Positions 13,814 through 15,049 of a stretch of DNA of 15,049 bases are shown piece by piece (position 1 is the first letter of the stretch; each line of letters opens with the position of its first letter). Below the pieces are notes generated by a model that saw only the letters and a list, made by a program, of their open reading frames with translations, was not told the DNA's origin and made no database searches. Both the position numbers and the translations under genes were made by a program. This stretch comes from a virus (taxonomy: Duplodnaviria > Heunggongvirae > Uroviricota > Caudoviricetes), in the IMG/VR virus record IMGVR_UViG_3300009034_004089, one strand, 5' to 3'.

Positions 13814-15049
13814 ATGTCTAAATTACCAACAGGTGTCGAGATTAGAGGTAGATACATTCGCATCTGGTTCATGTTTCGAGGAAAACGATGTCGGGAAACA
13901 TTAAAAGGCTGGGAGATTACAAACAGTAATATTAAAAAGGCCGGAAATTTAAGATCGCTGATAGTTCATGAAATAAACTCCGGTGAATTTGAGTATTTAA
14001 GACGTTTTCCCCAGTCCAGCACTGGGGCAAAAATGGTGACAACGAGAGTCATAAAAACGTTCGGAGAGCTTTGTGATATCTGGACAAAAATTAAAGAGAC
14101 AGAGTTAACAACAAACACAATGAAGAAAACGAAATCACAATTAAAAACACTCAGAATAATAATTTGTGAAAGTACCCCGATATCACATATTCGTTATAGC
14201 GATATCTTAAACTACCGGAATGAACTGCTGCATGGAGAAACGCTTTACCTGGATAATCCAAGATCCAACAAAAAAGGAAGAACCGTGCGCACAGTTGATA
14301 ACTATATCGCCCTGCTCTGTTCGCTGTTGCGTTTTGCGTATCAGTCGGGATTTATATCAACTAAACCATTTGAAGGAGTAAAAAAATTACAGCGAAACAG
14401 AATAAAGCCTGATCCGTTATCTAAAACAGAATTCAATGCATTAATGGAAAGTGAAAAAGGACAGAGCCAGAACTTGTGGAAATTTGCCGTTTACTCAGGA
14501 CTTCGTCACGGGGAACTGGCAGCTCTGGCGTGGGAGGATGTGGATCTCGAAAAGGGAATAGTGAATGTCAGAAGAAACCTGACGATACTTGATATGTTCG
14601 GTCCCCCAAAAACAAATGCCGGGATCCGAACAGTAACACTACTGCAGCCTGCTCTTGAAGCACTGAAGGAGCAATACAAACTGACCGGGCATCATCGCAA
14701 AAGCGAAATCACCTTTTATCATCGGGAGTACGGCAGAACCGAAAAGCAAAAACTGCATTTTGTTTTCATGCCCAGGGTGTGTAACGGAAAACAAAAACCT
14801 TATTACTCGGTAAGCAGTTTGGGGGCAAGGTGGAATGCAGCAGTAAAACGTGCTGGTATTCGCCGCCGTAATCCGTACCATACGCGGCATACTTTTGCCT
14901 GCTGGCTGTTGACGGCAGGAGCGAACCCGGCATTTATAGCCAGCCAAATGGGGCATGAAACTGCGCAGATGGTGTATGAAATTTACGGTATGTGGATTGA
15001 TGACATGAACGACGAACAGATAGCCATGTTGAATGCGCGGTTATCGTAG
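13814..15049 (+). CDS. intR: Tyrosine site-specific integrase, Rac IntR type (411 aa, complete; stop is the last codon of the window)
   Basis: Full-length ORF with the C-terminal catalytic region of tyrosine recombinases (…RNPYHTRHTFACWLLTAGANPAFIASQMGHETAQMVYEIYGMW…); matches remembered K-12 IntR; xis-int arrangement. Confidence 0.9.
   Translation: MSKLPTGVEIRGRYIRIWFMFRGKRCRETLKGWEITNSNIKKAGNLRSLIVHEINSGEFEYLRRFPQSSTGAKMVTTRVIKTFGELCDIWTKIKETELTTNTMKKTKSQLKTLRIIICESTPISHIRYSDILNYRNELLHGETLYLDNPRSNKKGRTVRTVDNYIALLCSLLRFAYQSGFISTKPFEGVKKLQRNRIKPDPLSKTEFNALMESEKGQSQNLWKFAVYSGLRHGELAALAWEDVDLEKGIVNVRRNLTILDMFGPPKTNAGIRTVTLLQPALEALKEQYKLTGHHRKSEITFYHREYGRTEKQKLHFVFMPRVCNGKQKPYYSVSSLGARWNAAVKRAGIRRRNPYHTRHTFACWLLTAGANPAFIASQMGHETAQMVYEIYGMWIDDMNDEQIAMLNARLS

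Larger units (their letters stand above)
1285..15049. mobile_element. Defective lambdoid prophage of Rac/Qin type (attL side at about 1285; integrase at right window edge; right attachment site outside window)
   Basis: Contiguous phage gene set: pin invertase, tfa remnant, trkG cargo, Rz/Rz1/endolysin, sieB, kilR, racC, recE/recT, ralR, xis, int. No head or tail structural genes, no holin, no repressor recognised. Confidence 0.85.

Noticed and set aside
13536-14956. Minus-strand ORFs 13536-13775 and 14639-14956
   Set aside because: Antisense to xis and int.
1-15049. tRNA, rRNA, CRISPR array or IS element
   Set aside because: None recognised by eye: no cloverleaf-like conserved tRNA motifs noticed, no regularly spaced direct repeats, no transposase-like ORF with terminal inverted repeats; a proper tRNAscan/ISfinder run was not possible.

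Overview
This window reads as the chromosomal junction and most of a compact, defective lambdoid prophage of the E. coli Rac/Qin type (about 13.8 kb within the window, running off the right edge). All identifications are from reading the six-frame translations against remembered E. coli K-12 proteins; no search was run. Left to right: a ydfJ-like MFS transporter gene (minus strand) abutting the prophage end; a cold-shock-type ynaE/ydfK gene and a pin serine recombinase; a tail-fibre-assembly (tfa) remnant; an unrecognised, tightly coupled three-gene cassette (251-aa lectin-like protein, 92-aa acidic protein, 97-aa membrane protein); a truncated ParB-like ynaK stub; trkG; a holin-less lysis cassette (Rz/Rz1/endolysin) broken by a 168-N scaffold gap with near-identical flanks; two unrecognised convergent genes where the immunity region should be; then the Rac early-left operon (ydaG, ydaF, sieB opposite, kilR, ydaE, racC, an internally deleted recE, recT, ralR, ydaC) ending in xis and a full-length integrase. 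The best candidates for something undescribed are the three-gene cassette at 3437-4773 and the convergent pair at 8296-8878. No tRNA, rRNA, CRISPR array or IS element was recognised.
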